From: an uncultured Prevotellaceae bacterium
GTDB lineage: Bacteria > Bacteroidota > Bacteroidia > Bacteroidales > Bacteroidaceae
Length of the DNA stretch: 64,000 bases
Direction of reading: 5' to 3'
Assembly (NCBI GenBank): GCA_902799905.1
Contig: CADCCB010000002.1
Location: 36,810 to 100,809 of the forward strand
The notes under the pieces were generated by a model. It saw only the letters and a list, made by a program, of their open reading frames with translations. It was not told where the DNA came from and searched no databases. Every line of letters starts with the position of its first letter. Position 1 is the stretch's first letter. The translations under genes and the position numbers were made by a program. Positions 48,020 through 58,734 of this stretch are shown in pieces.

Positions 48020-48758
48020 TCATGAACAAATAGTGCTGCAGGGCACCTGTCATCGAAGGATATTTCTCTGATGGAGCCTCCAGGTCGAGACGCAGGCCAG
48101 CATCGTGGACAGCCTTGGCGGTGGCAGGACCAAAGGTGGCGATAGCAATCTTCCCTTGCTCGAAGTTGGGGAAGTTCTTCGTCAGCGACTCAATACCTGA
48201 AGGGCTGAAGAAGATGAGCATGTCGTAGTCGAAGGTCTTGACTTCCTCTTCGGTGAAGTCGTTGCTGACGGTCTTGTACATGACGCACTCCTTATGGATG
48301 AGTTTCTTCGAGTCGAGGAGCGTGGACAGAGAGTCGCTGTGCACATCACTCATGGGCACCAGGTACTTCTCAGTCTTGTGCTTCACCATCGTGGGCAGCA
48401 GGTCGTCCACCTTACCAGTGGTTCCGAAGAAGACCTTGCGCTTGCGGTACTGTACATATTTCTGTATGTAGAGGGCGATGGTCTCTGTGACACAGAAATA
48501 CTTCATGTCCTCAGGGATGGTCACGCGCAACTCCTTGGCCAACGTAAAGAAGTGGTCAATGGCGTGACGCGATGTGAAGACAACTGCGGTATAGTCAAGA
48601 ATATTGACCCTCTGAGCACGGAACTCACGGGCCGACATTCCTTCTACCTTGATAAACGGCCTGAATACCAGTTCGACGCCGAAACGCTCGGCAATGTCGT
48701 AATAGGGAGATTTCTCGCTTGTTGGCTTTGGCTGAGAAACCAGGATCTTTTTTATCAT
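48009..48758 (-). CDS. hemD: Uroporphyrinogen-III synthase (HemD-like)
   Basis: ILVSQPKP, FRPFIKVE, VFTSRHAI, FFSPSGI, FGPAT; conserved position upstream of rnpA. Confidence 0.85.
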   Translation of the reverse strand: MIKKILVSQPKPTSEKSPYYDIAERFGVELVFRPFIKVEGMSAREFRAQRVNILDYTAVVFTSRHAIDHFFTLAKELRVTIPEDMKYFCVTETIALYIQKYVQYRKRKVFFGTTGKVDDLLPTMVKHKTEKYLVPMSDVHSDSLSTLLDSKKLIHKECVMYKTVSNDFTEEEVKTFDYDMLIFFSPSGIESLTKNFPNFEQGKIAIATFGPATAKAVHDAGLRLDLEAPSEKYPSMTGALQHYLFMNEE

Positions 48759-48773
48759 TTCTGTTTCTGTGTC

Positions 48774-49598
48774 CTAAAAATTTACTTTCAGATGATTCGT
48801 CAACGCGACCCATGCACCGCAGAAAGCGAGCAAAGGTGTCATTTCGAGGGCACAAAAGTACAAAAAAGTTTGCAAAACGCCACCGTTTTGCTTAAAAAAG
48901 ATACTCCAACACTTGTAAAATGTGAGTATTTTGTTCAAAATTAGGATAATAAGGAAGCAAATCAGCCCCTTATCAACAGAAAAATCAAAATAGACCAGCA
49001 ACATGACGAGTGGATACATCAACACCCCCTCCATGGCGGTCAGGAAGAGTTGAAGCCTGGTCCAGTGTATATTTTTTTTACTACCGAAGAAGGTAACATT
49101 GACGATTGTCCACACCAGCCAACGCAACAGGAAGAAGCCAAGAAACATGCCCACCATCATGCCCATCAGACCATAGTTGTCCACCATTTCCGGCAGGCGC
49201 ACGATGGTATCCGTGGCATAGATATAGGAGGCGATACCCAACAGGAGGATATCGATGAGTGCCATGATTATCTGGAAGCGCAGTTCCGAGGAGGTCTCGG
49301 TCATCACCTTGTTATCGCGGGTCGTATAGAAGAAATTACGGAACTGGCGGATAATGAAATTGCCTGAACTGCTTACAGAAATCATCACGACAACAAAGCA
49401 GACGAGCAACACGACCGAGATGATATCGTCTCTGCCGATGGAATAAGGCACGGCATCGCCCGCCACCCCCATGTCGTAGCCTTTCACACCAGAAGGTATG
49501 GAGGCTGTCAACACGGAGTCGCGGTCTAAGTAACTTTGACCTGAATCGGTGCGCAGGTCAAAGATCTGCTGCTGAATGTAAGTGCTAGTCGAGTCCAA
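48774..49598 (-). CDS. DUF4271-like membrane protein
   Basis: Several TM segments, C-terminal [11 protein letters not shown]; start uncertain (TTG overlapping the metK stop). Confidence 0.75.
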   Translation of the reverse strand: MDSTSTYIQQQIFDLRTDSGQSYLDRDSVLTASIPSGVKGYDMGVAGDAVPYSIGRDDIISVVLLVCFVVVMISVSSSGNFIIRQFRNFFYTTRDNKVMTETSSELRFQIIMALIDILLLGIASYIYATDTIVRLPEMVDNYGLMGMMVGMFLGFFLLRWLVWTIVNVTFFGSKKNIHWTRLQLFLTAMEGVLMYPLVMLLVYFDFSVDKGLICFLIILILNKILTFYKCWSIFFKQNGGVLQTFLYFCALEMTPLLAFCGAWVALTNHLKVNF

Positions 49599-50877
49599 AG
49601 GCCTTCCTGATGTCGTCGATGCGATCCAGTTTCTCCCAGGTGAACAGTTCTACGTCAATGGTCTTCGTCTCGTGATAATGACTGGTGAAGGTCTTCTTCA
49701 CCACCTCAGACTGACGACCCATGTGACCATAGGCAGCCGTCTCCAGATACATGGGCTGGCGCAACTTCAACGAGCGCTCGATGGCTTTGGGACGGAGGTC
49801 AAAGAGGGCCTCAATCTTCTTGGCTATCTCGGCATCACTCATCTTGACATTGCTGCGGCCATAGGTGTTCACATAGATGTTCATGGGCTTGGCCACGCCG
49901 ATGGCATAGGCCACCTGCACCAGCATCTCGTCGGCAACGCCAGCGGCCACCATGTTCTTGGCGATATGGCGGGCGGCATAGGCTGCCGAACGGTCCACCT
50001 TGCTGGAGTCCTTGCCAGAGAAGGCGCCACCGCCATGGGCTCCCTTGCCACCATAGGTGTCGACGATAATCTTGCGGCCTGTAAGGCCAGTATCGCCGTG
50101 AGGGCCGCCAATGACAAACTTACCCGTGGGGTTGACATAATACTTGATGTCGTTGCCAAACAACGACAACACACGGTCGGAGTGGATCTTTGACTTGACG
50201 CGTGGGATGAGGATATTGATGACGTCGTCCTTGATACGGGCCAGCATCGTCTCGTCGTCGGCAAACTCGTCGTGCTGTGTCGAGACCACGATGGTATCAA
50301 TGCGCTCAGGAATGCCGGCATCACTATACTGAACGGTAACCTGGCTTTTCGAGTCTGGCCTCAGGTAGGTCATCACCTTACCCTCCTTGCGGATCTCGGC
50401 CAGAGTGCGCATGATGAGGTGGGCCAGGTCGAGCGAGACAGGCATGTAGTTCTCCGTCTCGTTGGTGGCATAGCCGAACATCATGCCCTGATCGCCGGCT
50501 CCCTGGTTCATCTCGGCATCATCGGCTTCGCCAGCGGGCGAACCGCTGGACACTCTATCGACGCCACGGTTGATATCGGCACTCTGCTCGTGGATGGCAG
50601 TCAGAATGCCGCACGAGTTGCCATCGAACTGATACTCAGCCTTGGTATAGCCAATCTTTTTGATGGTATTACGGGCTATGGTCTGCAGGTCGATATAAAC
50701 CTCGCTGCGCACCTCGCCCATGATGACCACCTGGCCTGTGGTGACAAAACTCTCGCAAGCCACGCGAGCCTTGTCATCATAGGCCAGGAACTGGTCAAGA
50801 ATAGCATCGGAAATCTGATCGGCCACCTTGTCGGGATGGCCCTCAGATACAGATTCTGATGAAAAGAAATAACTCAT
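49585..50877 (-). CDS. metK: S-adenosylmethionine synthetase
   Basis: [26 protein letters not shown]. Confidence 0.97.
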   Translation of the reverse strand: MSYFFSSESVSEGHPDKVADQISDAILDQFLAYDDKARVACESFVTTGQVVIMGEVRSEVYIDLQTIARNTIKKIGYTKAEYQFDGNSCGILTAIHEQSADINRGVDRVSSGSPAGEADDAEMNQGAGDQGMMFGYATNETENYMPVSLDLAHLIMRTLAEIRKEGKVMTYLRPDSKSQVTVQYSDAGIPERIDTIVVSTQHDEFADDETMLARIKDDVINILIPRVKSKIHSDRVLSLFGNDIKYYVNPTGKFVIGGPHGDTGLTGRKIIVDTYGGKGAHGGGAFSGKDSSKVDRSAAYAARHIAKNMVAAGVADEMLVQVAYAIGVAKPMNIYVNTYGRSNVKMSDAEIAKKIEALFDLRPKAIERSLKLRQPMYLETAAYGHMGRQSEVVKKTFTSHYHETKTIDVELFTWEKLDRIDDIRKAFGLD

Positions 50878-50913
50878 GTTTCTTTAATTTCAAATAACGC
50901 AAAATGTTTTTTT

Positions 50914-50998
50914 AACCACGAATTACACGAATTACACGAATTATTGCTGCGCACACCTACATAGAAAAAAATTCGTTTAATTCGTTTAATTCGTGGTT
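50914..50998. repeat. 29-bp inverted repeat made of nonamers (ACACGAATT)x3, MITE-like
   Basis: Arms 50914-50942 and 50970-50998, two mismatches. Confidence 0.85.
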
Positions 50999-51037
50999 GT
51001 TTTAATACATACGAAGTTCTATTAATTCTTAATTCAA

Positions 51038-53857
51038 TTACTCCTCCGGCAGCATGATGATCTCGGCACGGTTGCCAGCCTTCAGCAGTTCCTTCATGTA
51101 GGCAGCAACATCGGCTGGTGTCTGGGCCTGAACGACCTGCTTGTAGTCGGTATGGGTGTCGATGCCATAGTCACGCCATTGACCGATCGTACGAACCCAG
51201 TAGTTGTTGGTCTTAGCCTGGTCGTCGATGTTCTTCAGCATATACTCCTTCACCTTGTTCAGTTTCTCAGCATCGACGGTCTGAGCCAGGGCAAGCACCT
51301 CTTCATTCATAATCTTGGTGGCAATGTCGCTCTTCTCTGGCTTCATCGGGCAATAGGCAACCAAAGTACCAGTGGTACGATAGTCATCACGGTTGAGGGA
51401 CGACTGCGACACCACGGTGTAGGCGGCGGAAGCCTCCTCACGGATCTTCTCAATATAGATCATCGAGAGGATCTGACCAGCCATATCGGCACGGACGATG
51501 TTCTCGAGCGTGTACGGCATATTGTCGTTAGCCCATACCATCACGCCGATGGCTTTGGGGGTCTCCATCTTACGCTTGAAGTTGTTGACAACCTCGCCCT
51601 TGAACATATCTTCTACGTCCTTACCCTTCACCACATTCTTCTGAGAAGGCAGTGAAGCCAAGTACTGCTCGATGAGCGGACGGATGGTAGCCTCGTCGTA
51701 GTTACCGATGATGGTGAAAGTGAAGGCTGCGGCATTGCTGGTCTGCTCCTTGGCCATCTGCAGGATGCGGTCGTAGTTTACCTTCTGCATATCGTCCATC
51801 GTCATCGGAGCGAAACGCTTGCTGTGGTTCTGGACGGTAAGGGTGAGCGAGTCGGAGAACACAGCCTCGGGCTGCAGCAACTTGTTCTTCAGCATCAGTT
51901 CCTCGGTCTTCATCATGTTGTCGAACGACTCCTGATCCTTGTTGATGTTGGTGAAGTAGAGATAGACCAGTTGCAACAGGGTCTCCACATCCTTAGGTGT
52001 CGACGAACCGGTGATGTTGGCACGGGTGTTGCCCAGCACCAGACTGGCCGAGGCGACCTTGCCGGCCAGGGCCTTCTCCAGTTCGGTGTGAGAGAAGTTG
52101 CCCAGTCCGCTGGCCTCGATGGCCTCGTCGAACATCTTGATATTGGCAAAGTCGCTCTCGCCATAGAGCGACGAGCCGCCAAAGCCTTCAGAAGCCAGGA
52201 TAACCTGATCCTTCTTCAAGTCGGTCTGCTTCAGGATGACCTTGGCACCGTTGGAGAGCGTCAGTTCCTTATAGTCGAACTTCGGACCAGCCACTTCCTT
52301 TACGATCTTGCCAGCCTTGGGCAAAACGGCAATCAGGGGCTCGTCCTTCACATTATCCACATAAGCCTCTATCTTGGCGGCACGAGCCTCATCGATGGCC
52401 TGCTTCAGCGAAGCCTCGGTGGGATAGACGGCACCTTCCTTCTCCTGGTTCAGATTGAGCACCACCATATTCGTGTCGCTGGCCGATACAAACGACTTCA
52501 TCAGACTGTTGATGATATCTACGGGCAGCATAGGCACGATCTGCTTCATGACCTGATAGTAGTCGTCGAGAGAGGGGATAGGCTCCTTGGCCAGGTAATG
52601 CTTCACATACTCGTTGACAAAACGCGAGTTGTAGCGCTTGTCCTTATTGGTGTACTGCTTGTCCAACTGGCTGGTGAAGTTAGACTTGTAGCGCTGGTAC
52701 TCCGTAGCGGTGAAACCATAGTCGGCGGCACGGCGAACCTCAATGAGGACGGCCTTCACAGCAGCCTCGGTCTGACCCTCCTTGGGCAGCACGTTGACAT
52801 CGAAGGCATCCTTGGTCTTCGACAGCAGATACTGGCCGTAACCAGCACCACCCTGCAGATAGGGGCAGTCGGCCTTCTGGGCAAGTTCGTTCAGACGGTC
52901 GTTGAGCATGCCGATGGCGGCATTCTTCGCATAGTCGATCACCAGATACTGCATATTCTCCTTGATTTCATCGGGAATGGGGTCGCTCTTGAACATCATC
53001 TCCACGACACTATACTGCATCTCCTTGTCCTTGTCAATGACAATGATAGCCTCGTTGTTATCAGGCACGGCCTCTGCCACCACAGGGGCAGGATTCTCAG
53101 GCATCTTGATGGGTGAGAACAGGTCTTTGATCTTCTGCTCGACTTTGGCCACATCGACATCGCCAACCACGATGATGGCCTGGTTGTCAGGACGGTACCA
53201 CTTCTCATAGTAGGCACGCAGCACCTCGGGCTTGAAGTTGTCGATAATCTCCATCAGACCGATGGGCATGCGGTGACCATACTTCGAGTCGGGATAGAGA
53301 CGGGGCAGGTCACGCTCCAGCATTCGCATGGTGGGACTGGTACGCAGGCGCCACTCCTCGTGGATGACACCACGCTCCTTGTCGATCTCCTCCGGCTCCA
53401 GCAACAGGCCGTCGGCCCAGTCGTGGAGGATGAGCAGACAGGAATCGATGATGCCCTCACGGGTCGTGGGCACATTCGAGATATTATAGACTGTCTGGTC
53501 AATAGAGGTATAGGCATTCAGGTCACGGCCGAACTTCACGCCAATGGTCTCACACCATTTCACGATATCGTTGCCAGGGAAATGCTCTGTGCCATTGAAG
53601 CACATATGCTCCAGGAAGTGAGCCAGACCGCGCTGCTCGTCATTCTCCTGGATTGCACCCACGCGCTGCGCGATGTAGAACTCGGCGCGCTGCTCAGGCC
53701 AGGCGTTGTGACGGATATAATAGGTCAGTCCGTTGTCCAGTTTACCAATTTTCACGTCTGAATCAACAGGAATGGCCGGCATCTGCTGTGCCATTGAGGA
53801 TACCGTACCTGCCACCATGAACAGGGCTACGGCAAACAGTTTTTTAATGTTCATCAT
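51038..53857 (-). CDS. M16 family zinc protease (PqqL-like)
   Basis: Signal peptide, inverted zinc motif HFLEH, NAYTS, EIDKERGVI.EE. Confidence 0.93.
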   Translation of the reverse strand: MMNIKKLFAVALFMVAGTVSSMAQQMPAIPVDSDVKIGKLDNGLTYYIRHNAWPEQRAEFYIAQRVGAIQENDEQRGLAHFLEHMCFNGTEHFPGNDIVKWCETIGVKFGRDLNAYTSIDQTVYNISNVPTTREGIIDSCLLILHDWADGLLLEPEEIDKERGVIHEEWRLRTSPTMRMLERDLPRLYPDSKYGHRMPIGLMEIIDNFKPEVLRAYYEKWYRPDNQAIIVVGDVDVAKVEQKIKDLFSPIKMPENPAPVVAEAVPDNNEAIIVIDKDKEMQYSVVEMMFKSDPIPDEIKENMQYLVIDYAKNAAIGMLNDRLNELAQKADCPYLQGGAGYGQYLLSKTKDAFDVNVLPKEGQTEAAVKAVLIEVRRAADYGFTATEYQRYKSNFTSQLDKQYTNKDKRYNSRFVNEYVKHYLAKEPIPSLDDYYQVMKQIVPMLPVDIINSLMKSFVSASDTNMVVLNLNQEKEGAVYPTEASLKQAIDEARAAKIEAYVDNVKDEPLIAVLPKAGKIVKEVAGPKFDYKELTLSNGAKVILKQTDLKKDQVILASEGFGGSSLYGESDFANIKMFDEAIEASGLGNFSHTELEKALAGKVASASLVLGNTRANITGSSTPKDVETLLQLVYLYFTNINKDQESFDNMMKTEELMLKNKLLQPEAVFSDSLTLTVQNHSKRFAPMTMDDMQKVNYDRILQMAKEQTSNAAAFTFTIIGNYDEATIRPLIEQYLASLPSQKNVVKGKDVEDMFKGEVVNNFKRKMETPKAIGVMVWANDNMPYTLENIVRADMAGQILSMIYIEKIREEASAAYTVVSQSSLNRDDYRTTGTLVAYCPMKPEKSDIATKIMNEEVLALAQTVDAEKLNKVKEYMLKNIDDQAKTNNYWVRTIGQWRDYGIDTHTDYKQVVQAQTPADVAAYMKELLKAGNRAEIIMLPEE

Positions 53858-53972
53858 GTCTTTGTTATTAGTTAATAAACTGACCGCAAAGTTACACTTT
53901 TTGTAACATTATGCGGTCAGTTTGCATGGATTATTAATTTTTTTTATCATTATAATAAGGTGTCGCCATGTC

Positions 53973-55478
53973 TTAGATGACATGCAGCGTACCCACCAGA
54001 TAGATCAGGCCGATACCAAGGGCCATCGCAACGACACCCATGATGATGCCTACCTTGGCCATATCGTTCTGCTTCACATGACCTGTGGCAAAAGCCAGGG
54101 CATTGGGCGGCGTGGAAATAGGCAGGATCATGGCTGACGAGGCAGCGATGGCCACACCGATGAGCACAGTACCCGTGCCGCCGATGGGATCGAGTTTGTC
54201 ACCCATGGCACCACACACAATGGCGAGGATAGGCATGAGCAGGGCCGCCGTTGCCGAATTAGAGATAAAGTTGCTAAGCAGATAGCAGATGGCACCACCG
54301 AGAATCAGGATAAGTATTGGTGAGAACTCACCGAAGGGGATGCTCTCCACGGCATTGGCAGCCAGTCCGGAGGCGTTCAGACCATAGCCCAGGGCGAAGC
54401 CGCCCGCTACCATCCAGATGACGCTCCAGTTGATCTGTTCCAAGTCGCGCTTGTTAATGACTCCCGTGAGGGCAAAGATCATGAATGGCACCAAAGCCAC
54501 CGTGTTGGAGTTGATGCCCGTAAAACGGTCTGTCAACCAGAGCGCCACGGTGAGGAAGAAGGTCACGATGACCACCCACGACTGGTAGCCCTTCTGTATG
54601 CCGCCCTCAATGTTCAACTCCACACGCTTCTGGCTGAACGGGAAGAACAGCAGCAGCAGACGCCAACTGATGAACAGCAACACCACCACCAGCGGGAACA
54701 TCACCATCATCCACTGGCCGAAGCCCAGATTCATATCCAGGCCGGCAGGATCGTTCAGATATTTCAGGGCGATGGTGTTTGGCGGGGTACCGATGGGAGT
54801 GCCCATGCCTCCCAGGTTAGCAGCCACAGGAATGGACATAGCCAGAGCAATGCGGCCTTTACCCTCTGGGGGCAGTTGGCGGAACACCGGCGTGAGAAAC
54901 GTGAGCATCATGGCTGCCGTTGCAGTGTTAGACACAAACATGGAGAAGAGGCCCGTGATGAGCAGGAAGCCCAGCAGCACCATCTCACTACGGGTGCCAA
55001 ACGGTTTCAGCAGCACCTTTGCCAACTGTGCGTCGAGTCCCGTCTTGGTAGCAGCGATAGCAAGCACGAAGCCACCGATGAACAGCATAATCACAGGGTC
55101 GGCAAACGAAGCCATCACACTCTTGTACGACAGCAACTTGCCCACCTCTTCCTCGTTCACCATCGGCAGGAAGCCGCTGTCAGAACAGAACAGCAACATC
55201 AGCACAATGATGGCTATCGACGTGGCCCACGATGATACCACCTCCAGAATCCACATCAGCGTGGCAAAGGCGAAGATGGCGATGACTCGCTGCTGGATGA
55301 CCGTCAGGTCTTTGATGCCAAACCAATCGGCAGGCATATTCCAAAGCAACAGGGTGACGACCAGCACCAACAAGATTTTGGTCAAACGCACGGTGCCATC
55401 GGCAGGATGGTATTTCCGCTGATGACGCATCTTGTGATAAGTATCTACAAGATGGAATCCTTCATAGATATGAAACAT
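53973..55478 (-). CDS. SLC13/DASS family anion transporter
   Basis: SMFVSNTATAAM, GTPIGTPPN, SNFISNSATA, LPISTPPNA. Confidence 0.92.
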   Translation of the reverse strand: MFHIYEGFHLVDTYHKMRHQRKYHPADGTVRLTKILLVLVVTLLLWNMPADWFGIKDLTVIQQRVIAIFAFATLMWILEVVSSWATSIAIIVLMLLFCSDSGFLPMVNEEEVGKLLSYKSVMASFADPVIMLFIGGFVLAIAATKTGLDAQLAKVLLKPFGTRSEMVLLGFLLITGLFSMFVSNTATAAMMLTFLTPVFRQLPPEGKGRIALAMSIPVAANLGGMGTPIGTPPNTIALKYLNDPAGLDMNLGFGQWMMVMFPLVVVLLFISWRLLLLFFPFSQKRVELNIEGGIQKGYQSWVVIVTFFLTVALWLTDRFTGINSNTVALVPFMIFALTGVINKRDLEQINWSVIWMVAGGFALGYGLNASGLAANAVESIPFGEFSPILILILGGAICYLLSNFISNSATAALLMPILAIVCGAMGDKLDPIGGTGTVLIGVAIAASSAMILPISTPPNALAFATGHVKQNDMAKVGIIMGVVAMALGIGLIYLVGTLHVI

Positions 55479-55728
55479 TTTTCCTTGTTAAATTAGGTTT
55501 TATGATTGCTTTCGTGACAAATCGCTTGCAAAGGTACGAAGTTTTCCCTATAATCGGCTGCCCCCTATGAAGTTTTTCGCGGGCAATGAGTGTATTAACG
55601 CCCATATTGATAACAATACTCTCGACAAAGAACAAAGATTGTCAAGTGGAGTTTGCAAACTTTTACGCAAAATATTTCGCTATTCGCTTCCTTATTTGTA
55701 TCTTTGCATCGACAAAACGAATATCGTG

Positions 55729-57699
55729 ATGAAACAAAAGAAAGAAAAAAAGAAAGGAGCATTCTATAGATTCCGCCATTCACTATCCACAAAACTCACA
55801 TGGCGCGTCATGCTCACACTGCTATTCGTCACCTCACTGTCGACTATCGCGGTCATCTTCATCAGTGGCGTCATCATCACCTATCAGGAAATGGTGCGGT
55901 TTGGGAACATGGTGGAAATCACCAACCTGAAAGTGAATGGAATGCTCACTTCGGTTGAGGCAACAGCAGTCAACAGCGCTCCCGACTTCAAGGAATGCAT
56001 AGCCCATCCTGACAAGGTGGGACAGGTAACAGAGGAGGTGCTGGCCCGTAATGAGCAACTGATTGGTTGCGGCATCGGCTTCAAGGCCAACTATTTCCCC
56101 AGTAAAGGCCGCTGGTATGAACTCTATGCCACAAGGACCGACAGCACGGGGACAGAGGTACGAGAGATTGGATCAGAAAGCCACGATTACCTGAACGCAG
56201 AATGGTACACTGGTGCTATTGAGCAAGGAAAGCCCGTATGGTCGGAGCCATACTACGACGAAGCAGGAGGGGGAAGAATACTGTGCAGTTATTCGATGCC
56301 AATACGCGATGACCGCGACAGCATCATCGCCGTGTTCGGATCAGATATCGACCTGAACGGACTATCGGATATCGTAAACAACAACGACCACGATTTCGCT
56401 ATCATATCTGATGACAAGGTCTATAGTTTCGTCATCAGCCACAATGGCACATTCATCGTTCATCCCGACAAAGAACGCATCATCAGGGATAATTTCTACA
56501 CCTTTTTAGAAGAAAACGACGATGCGGAAGATGACGAAATCGCGGTAAAGATGTCAAATGGACAGCCAGGTTTCTCTGTCATTCGACTAGAAGACGGAAG
56601 CAAGGAATTCATCTACTATGCACCTCTGAAGAGTACCGGATGGACAATGGTATTTGCCATGCCGAAATCCGGTATATTCCAACTGGCCATGAACATCGGA
56701 AGCCTCATCCTGGTCATCATGCTCTTCAGCCTGTTTGTGACCTTGGTCGCATGCTATCTCATCTTCAGGGGAGTGACTAAGCCGCTGAAACGCTTTGCTG
56801 AGTCGGCCGACGAGATAGCAAAGGGCAACTTCAATGCACCGCTACCGCTGGTTGCCTCTCACGACGAGGTGCGCCAACTGAACGACTCGTTCAGGGAGAT
56901 GCAACGGTCATTGCGACAATATATGGAGGAACTGAAGGAGACAACGACACAGAAGGCTTCCATAGAGAGCGAACTCAACATTGCGCGAGGCATCCAGATG
57001 GCCATGCTTCCTAAGACATTCCCACCCTACCCCGACCGCTCCGACATCGACATCTTTGCACAGTTGAAACCGGCCAAGGCCGTGGGAGGTGACCTCTACG
57101 ACTTCTATATCCGCGAAGGGAAACTGTTCTTCTGTGTAGGTGATGTGAGCGGCAAGGGTGTGCCTGCATCGCTGGTCATGGCCGTCACCAGGGCTTTGTT
57201 CCGAACGGCATCGGCCCATGAAGCCGTGCCTGGGCGAATCGCCTCAGCCATCAACCAGGTGATTAGCGACAATAACGAGACGAACATGTTTGTCACGCTG
57301 TTCATTGGTTCACTCGACTTGGCCACTGGCGAGATGGACTACAGCAATGCCGGGCATGATGCCCCCTTGTTGATGGGGACAGAGGGCATCGGCCTGTTAC
57401 CTGTAGACAGCAACCTCCCCATCGGCGTGACCGCCGACTGGGAGTTCTCTACCCAGCACACCACGATTCATCACGGCACGATGATCTTCCTCTATACCGA
57501 CGGCCTCACAGAAGCAGAAAACATCAAGCACATGCAGTTCGGCGAGGATCGCATATACGAAGTGGCCCACCAAGCACAGACCGAAGGAGACGACAATCCT
57601 GAGACGCTGATCCGTCGTATGACGGATGCCGTCAGCATCTTTGTGGGCGAGGCCGAACAGAGTGACGACCTAACGATGCTGACCATCAAATACTGTTAA
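55729..57699 (+). CDS. Cache-HAMP-SpoIIE (PP2C-type) sensor phosphatase
   Basis: Two TM segments, WSEPYYD Cache motif, HAMP DEV.QL, VGGDLYDF, GDVSGKGVPA, YTDGLTEA, SDDLTML. Confidence 0.9.
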   Translation: MKQKKEKKKGAFYRFRHSLSTKLTWRVMLTLLFVTSLSTIAVIFISGVIITYQEMVRFGNMVEITNLKVNGMLTSVEATAVNSAPDFKECIAHPDKVGQVTEEVLARNEQLIGCGIGFKANYFPSKGRWYELYATRTDSTGTEVREIGSESHDYLNAEWYTGAIEQGKPVWSEPYYDEAGGGRILCSYSMPIRDDRDSIIAVFGSDIDLNGLSDIVNNNDHDFAIISDDKVYSFVISHNGTFIVHPDKERIIRDNFYTFLEENDDAEDDEIAVKMSNGQPGFSVIRLEDGSKEFIYYAPLKSTGWTMVFAMPKSGIFQLAMNIGSLILVIMLFSLFVTLVACYLIFRGVTKPLKRFAESADEIAKGNFNAPLPLVASHDEVRQLNDSFREMQRSLRQYMEELKETTTQKASIESELNIARGIQMAMLPKTFPPYPDRSDIDIFAQLKPAKAVGGDLYDFYIREGKLFFCVGDVSGKGVPASLVMAVTRALFRTASAHEAVPGRIASAINQVISDNNETNMFVTLFIGSLDLATGEMDYSNAGHDAPLLMGTEGIGLLPVDSNLPIGVTADWEFSTQHTTIHHGTMIFLYTDGLTEAENIKHMQFGEDRIYEVAHQAQTEGDDNPETLIRRMTDAVSIFVGEAEQSDDLTMLTIKYC

Positions 57700-57703
57700 A
57701 AAA

Positions 57704-57734
57704 AAGTGAAGTAGCGGTGGCCGCTACTTCACTT
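57704..57734. terminator. Perfect 14-bp hairpin overlapping the korB stop codon; likely terminator at the convergent junction
   Basis: AAGTGAAGTAGCGG-TGG-CCGCTACTTCACTT with an adjacent A-run. Confidence 0.75.
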
Positions 57735-58728
57735 CCCATATATCGTTGGTTTCGAGGAGTTCAGAGAAATTATGATATTTCTTCTGACTGCTAACCTCGG
57801 CTATCTGTGCATGGACTGCCTCGTCGTAGGTGGGAGCCTCCACATCGCGTATGACACCAAGGGCTATGGGGAAGCCGTCCTCTGGAGTCATCATGGCCAG
57901 TTTCAACTGCAGGGTATTATCCTCACAGTGGGCATCATGCACCAGAACATCGTCCAGCGTGTAACCGTCCTTGCCTATCTCCACCACCTTCAGACCGAAG
58001 CCCTGCTGCACCAGTCCAAACTCATTGTTCTCGCCGAACACCAGTTTCTCACCGTGACGCACGTAGATGGCGTTCTTCTTGCGGCCCTCGTTGTTATAGA
58101 CGACATCGTGACAGTGGTCGTTGAAGATGACACAATTCTGCAACACCTCAGTAACACTGGCACCCTTGTGCTCGTAGGCTGCCTTCAATACCTCGACCGT
58201 TCCCTTGGCATCAGTTGCCACACAACGGGCAAAGAAATGTCCACGTGCACCAAAGCAGAGTTCTGCCGGACGGAAGGGGTCTTCCACAGTGCCGTAAGGG
58301 CTCGACTTAGAGACGAAGCCACGGGGAGAGGTGGGAGAATACTGTCCCTTGGTCAGACCATAGATACGGTTGTTTAGGAGAATCATGTTAAGGTCGATGT
58401 TACGACGGTTAGCATGAATGAAATGGTTACCACCGATAGCCAGTCCGTCACCGTCTCCAGACACCTGCCAGACGGTGAGGTTGGGATTAGCCACCTTGGC
58501 ACCTGTAGCGATGGCGGCAGCACGACCATGAATGGTGTTCATGCCGTAGGTAGCCATATAGTGGGGCAGACGGCTGGAACAGCCGATACCAGAGATGACT
58601 GCCACATTTTCTGGGGCTACACCAATCTCGGCCATAGCCTTATGGAGTGAAGCCAGGAAGAAGTGGTCACCACAACCAGGGCACCAACGAGGCTGGCCTT
58701 TCTTGAAATCTTGTGCTGTATAACTCAT
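57724..58728 (-). CDS. korB: 2-oxoacid:ferredoxin oxidoreductase beta subunit
   Basis: WCPGCG, SGIGCSSR, HGRA, GDGD...IGGNH, NNRIYGLTKGQYSPT. Confidence 0.93.
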   Translation of the reverse strand: MSYTAQDFKKGQPRWCPGCGDHFFLASLHKAMAEIGVAPENVAVISGIGCSSRLPHYMATYGMNTIHGRAAAIATGAKVANPNLTVWQVSGDGDGLAIGGNHFIHANRRNIDLNMILLNNRIYGLTKGQYSPTSPRGFVSKSSPYGTVEDPFRPAELCFGARGHFFARCVATDAKGTVEVLKAAYEHKGASVTEVLQNCVIFNDHCHDVVYNNEGRKKNAIYVRHGEKLVFGENNEFGLVQQGFGLKVVEIGKDGYTLDDVLVHDAHCEDNTLQLKLAMMTPEDGFPIALGVIRDVEAPTYDEAVHAQIAEVSSQKKYHNFSELLETNDIWEVK

Positions 58729-58734
58729 AATAGT

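Noticed and set aside
50878-51037. SAM riboswitch upstream of metK
   Set aside because: No SAM-I or SAM-II consensus could be recognised; the region is explained by the nonamer inverted repeat.
51824-53116. Long antisense ORFs (e.g. 51824-53116, 46202-47326, 19264-20391, 35561-36595, 27524-28552, 5596-6498)
   Set aside because: They are shadow frames opposite well-recognised genes in GC3-rich DNA and carry no recognisable motifs.
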